Source of the DNA: an uncultured Acidobacteriota bacterium
GTDB lineage: Bacteria; Acidobacteriota; Blastocatellia; RBC074
NCBI GenBank assembly: GCA_963796275.1
Contig: CAWCKY010000001.1
Coordinates: 1,260,662-1,324,661 of the forward strand
DNA: 64,000 nucleotides
Direction of reading: 5' to 3'
The notes under the pieces were generated by a model. It ran no database searches. It had not been told where the DNA came from and was given only the letters and a program-made list of their open reading frames with translations. Made by a program: the position numbers and the translations under genes. The stretch's first letter is position 1. Each line of letters opens with the position of its first letter. Shown piece after piece: positions 10,129-19,350 of the stretch.

Positions 10129-11250
10129 TCATGGCCTTGAGCGGCCGAACATACGGCACACTAGCTCGGTACCTATGGCGCTGGTCATGAGGCGTTCTTT
10201 GCTGTCACCGAGTAATCGTTGCGTCCAGTTGACGAAACCGCCGTCAGCGAGCGCAAACTGCTCGCCGCGATCGTTCTTCGCTTTTATGTGAAAACAAGGG
10301 CCTTCGTAATATCCGAGTCCGGTCAGACGATATAGATTGAAACTCAAGCGGACTCCTTCGCGCTCCTCGCGCAATGGAGCGCATACATATTGTTCGAGCA
10401 AACCCATCTGTACTAGTAAATGCTTGGGTAAATCGAATTGCGCCAGATTCTCACTGGGCACAGCGAATGATCTGGGCCATGCGCTCGAGAGCTTCTCGAT
10501 CAAGCGCTCCGAACTTGTATAGTCGCTCGCGCGCACGAATGTTCTTATTTCATCTCTGCTAATCCCGAACACAGAGCAGAGATGCGCGACTACGCGCGTG
10601 TCGGAAAGTTCGACCTCAATATCTTCGAACCCGAAGTCCATTGCCGACAACTTTTTCAAAAGTGTCAGGTAATATCCGATATGGTCTCCAAGGGCGGCCG
10701 TCTCAAATGAAAAAGATCCCGTGTCGCGCGCCGCGCTCACCAAGCTGAATAGCTTGAAATGGGCGGTAAAACCCGCCGTCTTTGGCGCCGGAAATCTGAC
10801 CACTCGCTGGCTGGCGCATAGTCGGGTAGTCTCTTTTCTGCTCTTGATATCTTTGCGGCGGCGAACGCACTCAAGCGCTAATCCAACGGTCGGATCAGCG
10901 GCGCATTCATATGCCCTGATCGAGCTTAAGACATTTCCTTGATCCAGCCCAGTGAGTGTCGCGATCGCCCCCAGCGGAGTCAGGGGTGACAACTCCATCG
11001 CTTCGAATTGCGGCGCAACACTATAACTAACATGTTCCACTTCGTTCAGTAGCCGTCCGTCTAATCCACAGGGTTGAGTAACCATGTGGGAACGCGTCAG
11101 GTGAGATGATTCGATCTTACCGACTCGCCTCTTTAAAACTGTAAGCAGTAAAGAATGAAGCTCCGCCCCCGAGAGTTTTTCTGAAAGAAGGTCGACCAGA
11201 TCGTCTACTCCCAAGTCTCTGATAATTCGCTGCGCTATCTGTTCGCTCAT
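10129..11250 (-). CDS. Uncharacterised class II aminoacyl-tRNA-synthetase-like (HisRS/HisZ-like catalytic fold) protein
   Basis: 373-aa ORF with motif-2-like CASQRVVR...HFKLF, HisRS-like RLTGLGYYEGPCF, LADGG and motif-3-like SAIGTELV; no anticodon-binding domain seen. Confidence 0.6.
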   Translation of the reverse strand: MSEQIAQRIIRDLGVDDLVDLLSEKLSGAELHSLLLTVLKRRVGKIESSHLTRSHMVTQPCGLDGRLLNEVEHVSYSVAPQFEAMELSPLTPLGAIATLTGLDQGNVLSSIRAYECAADPTVGLALECVRRRKDIKSRKETTRLCASQRVVRFPAPKTAGFTAHFKLFSLVSAARDTGSFSFETAALGDHIGYYLTLLKKLSAMDFGFEDIEVELSDTRVVAHLCSVFGISRDEIRTFVRASDYTSSERLIEKLSSAWPRSFAVPSENLAQFDLPKHLLVQMGLLEQYVCAPLREEREGVRLSFNLYRLTGLGYYEGPCFHIKAKNDRGEQFALADGGFVNWTQRLLGDSKERLMTSAIGTELVCRMFGRSRP

Positions 11251-11431
11251 GATTTCAAGTCTATCTCTGTTAAAAAAATGATGTAAGCGGTATGGATTGA
11301 ATGTTGGCCTTCAACGGATTTGTTTGACAAATTGGTCACGTCTGCTCTGCTCAAAAGTTTCACGATTCACTCCTGAGAAAGGTGCGCAAAAATCGATTCG
11401 CAATTGAACGCGTGAGTGAATCGTGTGTAAA

Positions 11432-11545
11432 TGAAAATAGCCACCGATGAGGTGGCTGTAACACTTTGTGTTTTTTAGGTGGGCCAGGACGGAATCGAAC
11501 CGCCGGCGCACGGATTTTCAGTCGTGTGGTCAATCAGCGAACTGA
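11432..11545 (-). repeat. Direct repeat copy 1: tRNA-Phe(GAA) 3' half plus downstream hairpin (att-like)
   Basis: The reverse complement of 11478-11523 is GACTGAAAATCCGTGCGCCGGCGGTTCGATTCCGTCCTGGCCCACC (anticodon loop GAA, T-arm GGTTCGATTCC, acceptor 3' strand). The adjacent hairpin is AGCCACC-gatga-GGTGGCT. The tRNA 5' half is absent. Confidence 0.8.
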
Positions 11546-11627
11546 ATTGAAAATAAAAGAGAGCCCTGGGTACACAGCAAAGTAGACGAATGTCTGAAAA
11601 GCCCCTACCTGTCTGATCCGTTTAGAA

Positions 11628-11659
11628 CCCCACTATAACGCGTTAGCGTCATAGTGGGG
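11628..11659 (-). terminator. Stem-loop downstream of the RiPP precursor
   Basis: CCCCACTATAACGC-GTTA-GCGTCATAGTGGGG, ~50 nt after the precursor stop. Confidence 0.55.
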
Positions 11660-11712
11660 AGGAGTAACTTCCTGCGCTACCTTCCTTCAACTGGATAACC
11701 AGTTGAAGGATG

Positions 11713-11883
11713 TTAAGCTTCCTCGTCTTCGTAGATTGCGAACGGCTGCCAATAGTATCCGGGAGAGGCGGCAAATTCTCGCGGGCCTCGCGGCGCGTTT
11801 TCTTGAATCAATTCGCTGGCAGAACCAAGTTCGACGATATCTATTTCCAGAGGTTCTGTACTATTTTGTTCTTGAGGTTCCAT
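11713..11883 (-). CDS. Lasso-type RiPP precursor peptide, 56 aa (not in the ORF track)
   Basis: AAAGGAGAATAGT-ATG RBS; MEPQEQNSTEPLEIDIVELGSASELIQENAPRGPREFAASPGYYWQPFAIYEDEEA*. Leader-like IVELGxASELI, same strand and immediately downstream of the cyclase. Confidence 0.85.
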   Translation of the reverse strand: MEPQEQNSTEPLEIDIVELGSASELIQENAPRGPREFAASPGYYWQPFAIYEDEEA

Positions 11884-12020
11884 ACTATTCTCCTTTCTGT
11901 TATTTGTAGCATCACCTGAGTGGCGCGATGCGTGATTTAAACTCCGAGGGGGTAATTCGTCAACCTCCGTAGAAGTTTGTTAGTGAAACAATGGCGAAAT
12001 CTAGTCGGGATCGGAACATC

Positions 12021-13916
12021 TCATGCTCCCTCAAATTGAGTCGAAGGCGCGTTGCTTCTTCCGGCGTAGTGATGTTCTATTGAGCGCAACCAAATCTCCA
12101 AAGATACAACATTGGAAAAAGCATCCAGCTCGAGCTCTATGCCATGCCGAGCCTTATCAAGCGCCGACATCATCTCTTTATAATCAACATACCCGCGTCT
12201 GACTACGCGCGCATCATCGAGCATCGATTTAATTGCGACCCATTCCTGCGCCAGACCGCGACAGAGTGTTTCGCTGACCGATCCTTTGCCTTTTCGCCGG
12301 AGGATTGTATCGGGCAGGATATCTTTTAGGGCTCTGCGCATTAAAGGTCTAGTCTCGATCGGTTGGAGTTTCTGCTCGAGGGGAATGGCCATCACGAATT
12401 CCACCAGCGGGCGATGCAGAAATGGAAAAGTCTTGACGTAGCTGTGCGGATCACGATGCCCCCACGTGAGAGCAGAAATCGCATACATTAGTGATGAAGC
12501 TTGTGCCTGCTGGCTCGGCAAGCGATAACCGAACGGATCAGCGGGCAGGAGTAAGCGCGCAATAAAATCGGTCCTTTTGGCGAAATCTCGATTTACCCAG
12601 GCGGGAATCCGAAATTGATTCTGCAATCTTGCCTTGATCGAGGTGGACAGAAATGGGACCACGCCTTCCTGCCATAAGAGATCCCAATAAGTTTTGCGCA
12701 AAATTTGACTCCACTCCTGTAGTCGTCTATGCAGTCTAAGGGGTTTTATTCGATATATTAGTATCCCTATCTGTGCTGCGGGCGCGGGCGCGCTCCATAA
12801 CAACTGGTCCCCGCCGAGCCCGCTCAAAAGGATGCGCGCCCCTTCCGCATTCATCGCACGCCCCACATGCGCCTGCGCTCCGTAAGTGCACAAACTTGCG
12901 CTCGGCCTCTCTATGAATTCGTCTTTCGGAGACGCTAAATGAATCCAATGTCCCCGTCGCAAGAAGTGATACCCGGTTTCGCCACGCTTCTTCTCAACCG
13001 CCTCAATAAAACGGCGATCATAAGAGGTCTCTCCGTCATCCAGATAAGAGATCGTTTTTAAATGCATTGCCTGACGGCTTTCTTCCGCCAGGATCCTGTC
13101 TGCCATGCAAACTATGGACGACGAATCCAATCCACCGCTTAATTCCGCCCATACGGGCCCATCCGCTCGCAAGCGACATCGCACTGCCTCCCGAAACAAT
13201 TGGCGGAAGTGGTCCGCATATTCCTCATCTCGTTGATAACGTATCTCTTTTTCCGTATCAGGCCGCCAGAATCTATGAGTTCGCACCTGGCCCTTATGAA
13301 CAGACACGACAAAACCCGGTTCCACCGAAAAAACCTTGCGATATGGCGTGCGATATAATTCTGGAAATATTGCCAAATAGCCTGCGACAAACTCATCGTC
13401 AACCTCCAACTCGATGCCGGATGACTTGATCAATGCCTCAAGCGTCGACGACCAAATAAGCCCGCTATTGTCGGCGTGATAGTAGAGCGGACGGACGCCG
13501 AATGGGTCGCGTGCTAATAGCAGCGTTTTCGTTGCGTTCGTCCATAAAGCTAGCGCGAAATCGCCGATTATCTGCTGCAAGAAAGTTTTATCCCATTTGA
13601 GATAAGAGGACATCACCAGCGCAACATCAGTGGTGTCTCCGTTCAAGCCGTGGGGGAAATATCTTAGCAGGTCGTCACGATTGTCCAGACGACCATCCCA
13701 TACGAGGATATCCCCCTGCGGTGAAACTAACGGCTGAATTTCGAGTCGCGATTCTAGATCGGTAGGAAAAGCGCGAAAACAAAGACCGACGGAATCCTGT
13801 ATCACTTGGCGCCCACCATCCGGCCCTCGTGGAATCAAGTCGCCGCTTAATCTAACCAGGGTACTTGTATTAATTGGCCCGTCGTTGAAGTTGATCAGCC
13901 CGCCGATTCCGCTCAT
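12021..13916 (-). CDS. Lasso peptide cyclase (asparagine synthetase-like C protein)
   Basis: MSGIGG (AsnB catalytic Cys replaced by Ser), WDGRLDNR, LARDPFGVRPLYY, PP-loop ELSGGLDSS, SGLGGD, PFLHRPLVEF; adjacent to the B protein. Alternative start at 13976. Confidence 0.92.
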   Translation of the reverse strand: MSGIGGLINFNDGPINTSTLVRLSGDLIPRGPDGGRQVIQDSVGLCFRAFPTDLESRLEIQPLVSPQGDILVWDGRLDNRDDLLRYFPHGLNGDTTDVALVMSSYLKWDKTFLQQIIGDFALALWTNATKTLLLARDPFGVRPLYYHADNSGLIWSSTLEALIKSSGIELEVDDEFVAGYLAIFPELYRTPYRKVFSVEPGFVVSVHKGQVRTHRFWRPDTEKEIRYQRDEEYADHFRQLFREAVRCRLRADGPVWAELSGGLDSSSIVCMADRILAEESRQAMHLKTISYLDDGETSYDRRFIEAVEKKRGETGYHFLRRGHWIHLASPKDEFIERPSASLCTYGAQAHVGRAMNAEGARILLSGLGGDQLLWSAPAPAAQIGILIYRIKPLRLHRRLQEWSQILRKTYWDLLWQEGVVPFLSTSIKARLQNQFRIPAWVNRDFAKRTDFIARLLLPADPFGYRLPSQQAQASSLMYAISALTWGHRDPHSYVKTFPFLHRPLVEFVMAIPLEQKLQPIETRPLMRRALKDILPDTILRRKGKGSVSETLCRGLAQEWVAIKSMLDDARVVRRGYVDYKEMMSALDKARHGIELELDAFSNVVSLEIWLRSIEHHYAGRSNAPSTQFEGA

Positions 13917-13975
13917 AAAGTACCTTAGCAGTGGAGAAAAAATCTGTCTTGATATCAGCCGATAAACCGGACTCA

Positions 13976-14737
13976 TCAGGAACGGCTTAGGGCGTGAAAG
14001 AACGTCTGTACTTTCGGGTGATCGTTGACCACCTCTCCTTGAACTTCGACCCAGGCATGTCCATAAAAGGGCATTTTATGAATGCCAATGACCATTTCAG
14101 CAGGCGCGCCAATGCTTCGCAGCAGACAAGTGGTCGCCGCTGAACGTTGCAGACAGAGAGATTTTTTAGAGTACCAGGTGCAGGCGCGGACCAGTCTCGA
14201 GCAGATATATGCAATCATCTCAGAATCTGGAGCCCCGCCGTTAATCGGCCAACCGGACACGATGCGCCGAAGTGCGTTAATGCCGATCAGTTTGAGCACC
14301 GCATCCACTATCAAGAGTGCGACCAGAGCAGCAGGAATGTGAAGTTTCAGCTTTAAAAGTATCTCAATCAGGAAGCGCAATCCGTTCACTACACGTTGAG
14401 TCACTATCCCGCCGAGCCATTGGACGTCGACACTCGCTGATATCGCAGAAGATTGCAGGAGCCCTTTCTCAGTCAACTTATTGATAAGTTCGTCAACGAT
14501 CGACCCAATACGTGACGGCACAGAGGCATTGATCTCCGTACTTGCAGCGCTAACGAGCTCTGCACGCGACAGACCGGAGTCGCTTGTTGCGATCTTGTGC
14601 AGAATTAACGCACCCGTTTTGTTGATGCTCAGGACCTTATCTTGTCCGAAGTCGAGTAGTATGCACCCGTCCTCAGTGACTGGTGAGACATAGACATTCG
14701 GAGCTAACCGAATCTTCGTGAGGGGTGAAGGTGTCAT
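13976..14737 (-). CDS. Lasso peptide B protein: fused PqqD/RRE (B1) and transglutaminase-like leader peptidase (B2)
   Basis: N-terminal DGCILLDFGQDKVLSINKTGALI...LTEKGLL (RRE); C-terminal CLQRSAA, GHAWVE, VVND triad. Confidence 0.93.
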   Translation of the reverse strand: MTPSPLTKIRLAPNVYVSPVTEDGCILLDFGQDKVLSINKTGALILHKIATSDSGLSRAELVSAASTEINASVPSRIGSIVDELINKLTEKGLLQSSAISASVDVQWLGGIVTQRVVNGLRFLIEILLKLKLHIPAALVALLIVDAVLKLIGINALRRIVSGWPINGGAPDSEMIAYICSRLVRACTWYSKKSLCLQRSAATTCLLRSIGAPAEMVIGIHKMPFYGHAWVEVQGEVVNDHPKVQTFFHALSRS

Positions 14738-14862
14738 ACGTACAAGGTAATTCGGATAGATTTCGCTCGATCAATAGAATTAACCATCAGGCTACACATT
14801 AAAGAAGATATATAGCTGTAATGCAACAGAGCCGGAGGTGAATGTATAGGTATGTAAAGTTG

Positions 14863-14978
14863 AATGAAAACGGCCACCCTTTGGCGGCCGTAAACTGTTT
14901 ATTCTATTGATGGCCAGGGGACGGTATCGAACCGTCGACATACGGAGTTTAAGCCGGGTGGCCAAACAGTGAACAGAA
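14863..14978 (-). repeat. Direct repeat copy 2: degenerate tRNA-Phe 3' half plus hairpin
   Basis: ATGAAAACGGCCACC...GGCGGCCGTAA...GATGGCCAGGGGACGGTATCGAACCGTCGACATACGGAGTTTAAGCC...GTGGCCAAACAGTGAACAGAA aligns with copy 1 (ATGAAAATAGCCACC...GGTGGCTGTAA...GGCCAGGACGGAATCGAACCGCCGGCGCACGGATTTTCAGTC...GTGGTCAATCAGCGAACTGAA). Confidence 0.78.
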
Positions 14979-15009
14979 AGTGGGATACCACAAACTATCA
15001 CCAATGCCA

Positions 15010-16321
15010 TCATTTATCGTGGTCATCTTTCCCGTTATAGCCGTCATTGTCGAGAGGCCGCAGGAAGTTCTTGAAGGCCCAGCTGGCCACCTGTCTTCCC
15101 TGCTTTCGCGCCGCTTCGTCCGCGAAGCGGAAGTGGATGCCCTCGTAGATACGGGCGTCGACCACTTCCTCCGCTGCATCGGAGAAGCGTCTATAAGTGC
15201 GCGTGTCCTGAATGGTCGGCCCCAGGTTGGTGGTCGTCACTGAGAAGGTCATGTCGGTCCGTCCCGAAGAAGAGCGTGAGGTGAATTGACCAGCGGCGCT
15301 GGTAACGTTGTTTGCGCCCGAGGTGTAGTCAGGATAGGGCGGGGTGGCGATGAGCGGCAGCCAGGTTGAGTCGCCGGCCGTCCGCGAGTTGCCGTCGTTG
15401 TTACCCTCTTGAATGGCGGTGACTGGCCGCCAGAAAACATAGTAGTTCTTACTGTTCCAGGAAGTGATTTGTGCATCGGCCATCGCCATGTCAGCCAGGG
15501 CAAAGAGCCGGGCACTTCTGGCAATGTCGTCGACTTGCGTGCCGGCGATGTCCCTGAGCACCTGGTTCCAGACCACAACGTAGTTACCGGCCCAGAAATG
15601 GGCCAGGTCGGTCTGCTCGGGGGTGCGTGAGCTGTTGTTAAGGGCCCCCAGCGCTTTAACCTCGTTATAGTCCCTGGCGTACTCGCGGCTCGTCAAAGCG
15701 GGCGGCGGCGCGGCGCGGAATTGTGAAGGTCTGGTTAAGTGTGAAGGGGGTGACGTTGCCCAGCCACGGCGCGAGCATCGGCAACAAGGCCGGTGGCGTC
15801 GGGCGCCAGACGCCGGGATCGGTGCCGCCGATGAAGGGCGGCGGCGGCGGAACAGGGAAACTCCCGTCACATGCCCGCAGGGCGATGATCCCGGCGGCGG
15901 CTATTGCTCCCACCTCTACCCCGGGATCGTTCGCGGCAAGACCATGGTCGGACAGATATTGTTGGTAGGTCGTGTCGAGGGACTCGGCCTGAGCTGGAAA
16001 GCGGTTGACGAGCACATCGTGCGCGGCTTTGGCGGCAGCCGCCACCGGGGAGCCGGAGGCTCCCTTGATCTCCACGTAATATGGTTCGTACCGCTTCTCG
16101 ATGGCCTGGACGGCGTCGTAAACGGCGGCCTGGACCATCGCAATGTCGAGGACGCCGGTCGGGCCTGGACGTGCGGCTGTCACGGTCGCTTGCACGGCGA
16201 TCGCATTCCAATCGGCTACAGCATCGGCGCTGACGCTGGCGGGAGTTGCAAGCAAGATGACGAAGATGGCGATCCTCCGCCAGGTCTGAAGTTTCAGTAT
16301 ATTTGTAGTTGTGTATTTCAT
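15010..16321 (-). CDS. Secreted vanadium haloperoxidase/PAP2-superfamily protein (frameshift near 15735)
   Basis: AGGAGG RBS, signal peptide, ADWNAIA; KNYYVFWRP, PPYPDYTSGA, RIYEGIHFR. Two ORF-track frames join at FTL/TRPSQFR. Confidence 0.85.
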
Positions 16322-16626
16322 TGGAAGCCTCCTTTTAACAACATTTTTAAAACATTTAACAGATTGAGCGGACAGAACATGCAGTATGGTCAATCGTTTT
16401 GTACCAAACCCACCAGGCCAACGAGACTATCCAACCTCTTGGACAGTAAGAGGCGAGGCATGGGCCAAATTGCTCTGGCCACCGACTTACACTAAAATGA
16501 TCTGTTCATGTCGCCATTGCTCATCGGCCTATTTCACTGTGTACACTAATCTCAAGGCGGCGAGGAAATCCTTCCAGAGTGGCGAAAAATTTCGGAAAAA
16601 GATGAGAAAAAGTTCGGTAAGCCATT

Positions 16627-18571
16627 ATGAATCACTCGGCCAAGCACTTTTACGAATTCGGCCCGTTCCGGCTGGATATCGGCGAGCGCCTCTTGCTCCG
16701 CGATGGAGAAGAAGTCTCGCTCACACCCAAAATTTTTGACCTCCTCCTAGTACTGGTCGAAAACAGCGGACACATTCTTGAGAAAGACGCGTTAATGAAA
16801 GCTATCTGGCCTGATGTCGTAGTAGAGGAGACGAACCTGACGCGCAACGTCTCCACGCTAAGGAAAGCCCTGAGCGAAAGCTCGGACGCGCGTCCATACA
16901 TCGAGACAATTCCCTGGCGCGGGTACCGCTTTGTCGCAAGCGTAAAGGACGTAACTAATTACAACACAGAGATGGCAATTGCAACGCCGTCCTCGCCGCC
17001 GATTCTGAGCGAAACGGAGGAGCGAGGCTCGCGAGGTGGAGAAATCTCTCCCGCAGGCCCCGCGTCAAGTACCGGGACTCTAGTTACCTTGATCAGGCGG
17101 CGTAAGGTCGCTGCCGGCGCCATCGCCCTGGCGCTCCTGGGTGTCGGCAGCTGGGCGCTCTCTCTGAGCATCGAGACCCACACGCCGATTGAATCGCTGG
17201 CTGTCTTGCCATTCAGCAGTGGTAGCGCTGATCCGCAGGCGGTATACCTGAGCGATGGAATCACTGAGAGCCTCATCAATAATCTGTCGCAGCTGCCAAA
17301 TCTGCGTGTGATCGCGCGAACCACCGCTTTCCGCTACAAGGGCCAAACGTCGGACCCCTCCAAAATAGGACGCGAACTTAATGTCAAAGCAGCGCTCACT
17401 GGGAAAGTTCTCCTGCATGGCGACACTCTGATCGTCCAGGTAGACCTGGTGAACGTGGCGGATGGCGCGCAACTCTGGGGTCAACAGTACTCACGGAAAC
17501 TTTCGGATATTTTCGCGCTTCAGGGAGAGATCGCGACGGATATCGCCGAGGAGTTGCAAGCGAAACTGACGGGCGAAGAGAAGAAGCTATTGGCTAAACG
17601 TTATACCAATAATACCGACGCATATCAGCTCTATTTGAAGGGCCGCTATTTCTGGGATAAGAGGACGGAGGATGGGTTCAAGAGAGCCATTGATTATTTC
17701 CGACAGGCGACTCAGAAAGATCCACAATATGCACTGGCACACACAGGTTTGGCAGACTCTTACATAGGGCTGACATTCTATAACTATCTTCCTCCCAAAG
17801 AGGCGATGCCGCAGGCGAAGGCATCAGCGCTGGAGGCGCAGAAGTACGATGACATGCTTGCTGAAGCGCACGTATCGCTGGCGCATGTCAAAGTGAATTA
17901 TGAGTGGGACTGGGCGGGTGCTGAGAGCGAATTCAAGCGCGCCATCGTGCTCAACCCGCGATACCCAACAGCGCACCAGTGGTATGCTATTCATTATTTA
18001 ACTCCGCAGGGGCAGCTGGAAGAGGCTCTTGCCGAAATGAGCCACGCCAGGGATACTCGATCCGCTCTCGCTCGTCATGAACACCTTTCTGGGTGCAACC
18101 CTTTATTACGCTGGTAAGTACGATCAGGCGATCGGGCAATTTGTTAAAACGCTTGAACTGAATCCCGACTTCGGTGTAGCGCACTGGCACCTGGGGCTTG
18201 CTCTTGTGCAGGAGGCGCGATTCGAGGAAGCAATCGCCGAGCTAAACAAGGCCGTCACTCTTTCGGGGGGCAGCCCGCTCATGAAGGCGGCGCTCGGGCA
18301 TGCCTATGCGGCTTCGGGTAGAAGAAGCGAGGCAATGAATATCCTCACTGAATTACAGAAGTCGGCGGAACGAAGCTACATCTCAGCGAGCGAAATCGCG
18401 GCGATTTATGCGGGCCTGGGCGAGCGGGATCGCGCGCTGGACTGGCTTGAGAAAGCTGCGGAAGAGCGCGCATTCCACCTGGTCTACCTCAAAGTGAGGC
18501 CGGAGTTCGCCCCACTGCGCTCCACCCCTCGGTTTGAAGAATTGTTTAGGCGCATCGGTCTCGCACCATGA
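16627..18571 (+). CDS. OmpR-type winged-helix + TM + TolB-N + TPR regulator (frameshift near 18050)
   Basis: FYEFGPFRLD...IETIPWRGYRF; SLAVLPF; YLSDGITESLINNLSQL; TPR repeats continue in ORF 18077-18571. Confidence 0.9.
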
Positions 18572-18689
18572 GTTGCTTGAAGCTGGAGGTGATCGGAGCC
18601 CAAGAGACTCCCGATCAAGCACCTGTTTACGGAGGGACGAGCCACCGGCACAGTGCTGCTCTGGATTTCGTGCTTCATGAATCGCTGAT

Positions 18690-18993
18690 CATCCACTTTA
18701 TTTTGAATTGGCTACCCGAGCGTGCCATCACCATCCTGAGGAATTGCCGCAAAGCCATGAAGAAGACAAGCAGGCTGCTGCTTGTCGAGACGATCATAAC
18801 TGTCGGGAATGACCTATATGTCGGAAAGTTTGTGGACTTCATCATGTTAACGATCAGGCGGTCAGAAAGAACAGAGGAGGAATCTGAGAATCTCCTTCAG
18901 GAGGCCGGTTTCCATCTCAACCAAGTCGTGCCAACAGTTTCACCCTTCGGCATGAGCATCATCGAAGGAGTATTGGATGATGGGAAGCACTGA
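18690..18993 (+). pseudogene. C-terminal fragment of an O-methyltransferase
   Basis: ILRNCRKAM...RLLLVETII...ERTEEE...LLQEAGF; no SAM-binding N-terminus. Confidence 0.65.
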
Positions 18994-19109
18994 AGGTATT
19001 AATCAGTTGGCGGAGGAGCGGTAGGCTGGTTGGTTGAGTGATGAGCTAGACCGCAAAAATCAAGGAAGTAGGATAGAAGGCCAGCTTTACAGAATCTTCC
19101 GACGTCAAG

Positions 19110-19300
19110 CGCCTTTGGTGAGCGCTTCAATCCTTTCCATGATCCCTACCTGGCCGATCCGTACCTATTCTTCGCGGAGGCCCAGAACCGCGACTCCCGT
19201 CTCCTCAGCGCCAGCGAGGCAGCATATACACGCTCAGATGTCGCGGAGCTTGCGAGCTTTCTCTAACCAGAGCTATATACATTCCGCGCCGCTGGCACTG
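19110..19300 (+). pseudogene. Possible N-terminal remnant of a cytochrome P450
   Basis: GERFNPFHDPYLADPYLFFAEA resembles bacterial P450 N-termini; degenerates afterwards. Confidence 0.35.
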
Positions 19301-19350
19301 CCCAGATGCTTTACCACAAAATCGGATGGGATCAGCCGTTTTTACAGTCT

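Noticed and set aside
11478-11523. Functional tRNA-Phe gene (also 14909-14955)
   Set aside because: Only the 3' half is present; there is no D-arm or 5' acceptor strand, and the second copy has a degenerate anticodon loop.
11703-11919. + strand ORFs 11703-11909 and 11710-11919
   Set aside because: Antisense shadows of the minus-strand precursor, which has the strong RBS and operon context.
12021-13916. Housekeeping asparagine synthetase AsnB
   Set aside because: The N-terminal catalytic Cys is Ser, and the gene is coupled to an RRE-transglutaminase protein and a precursor.
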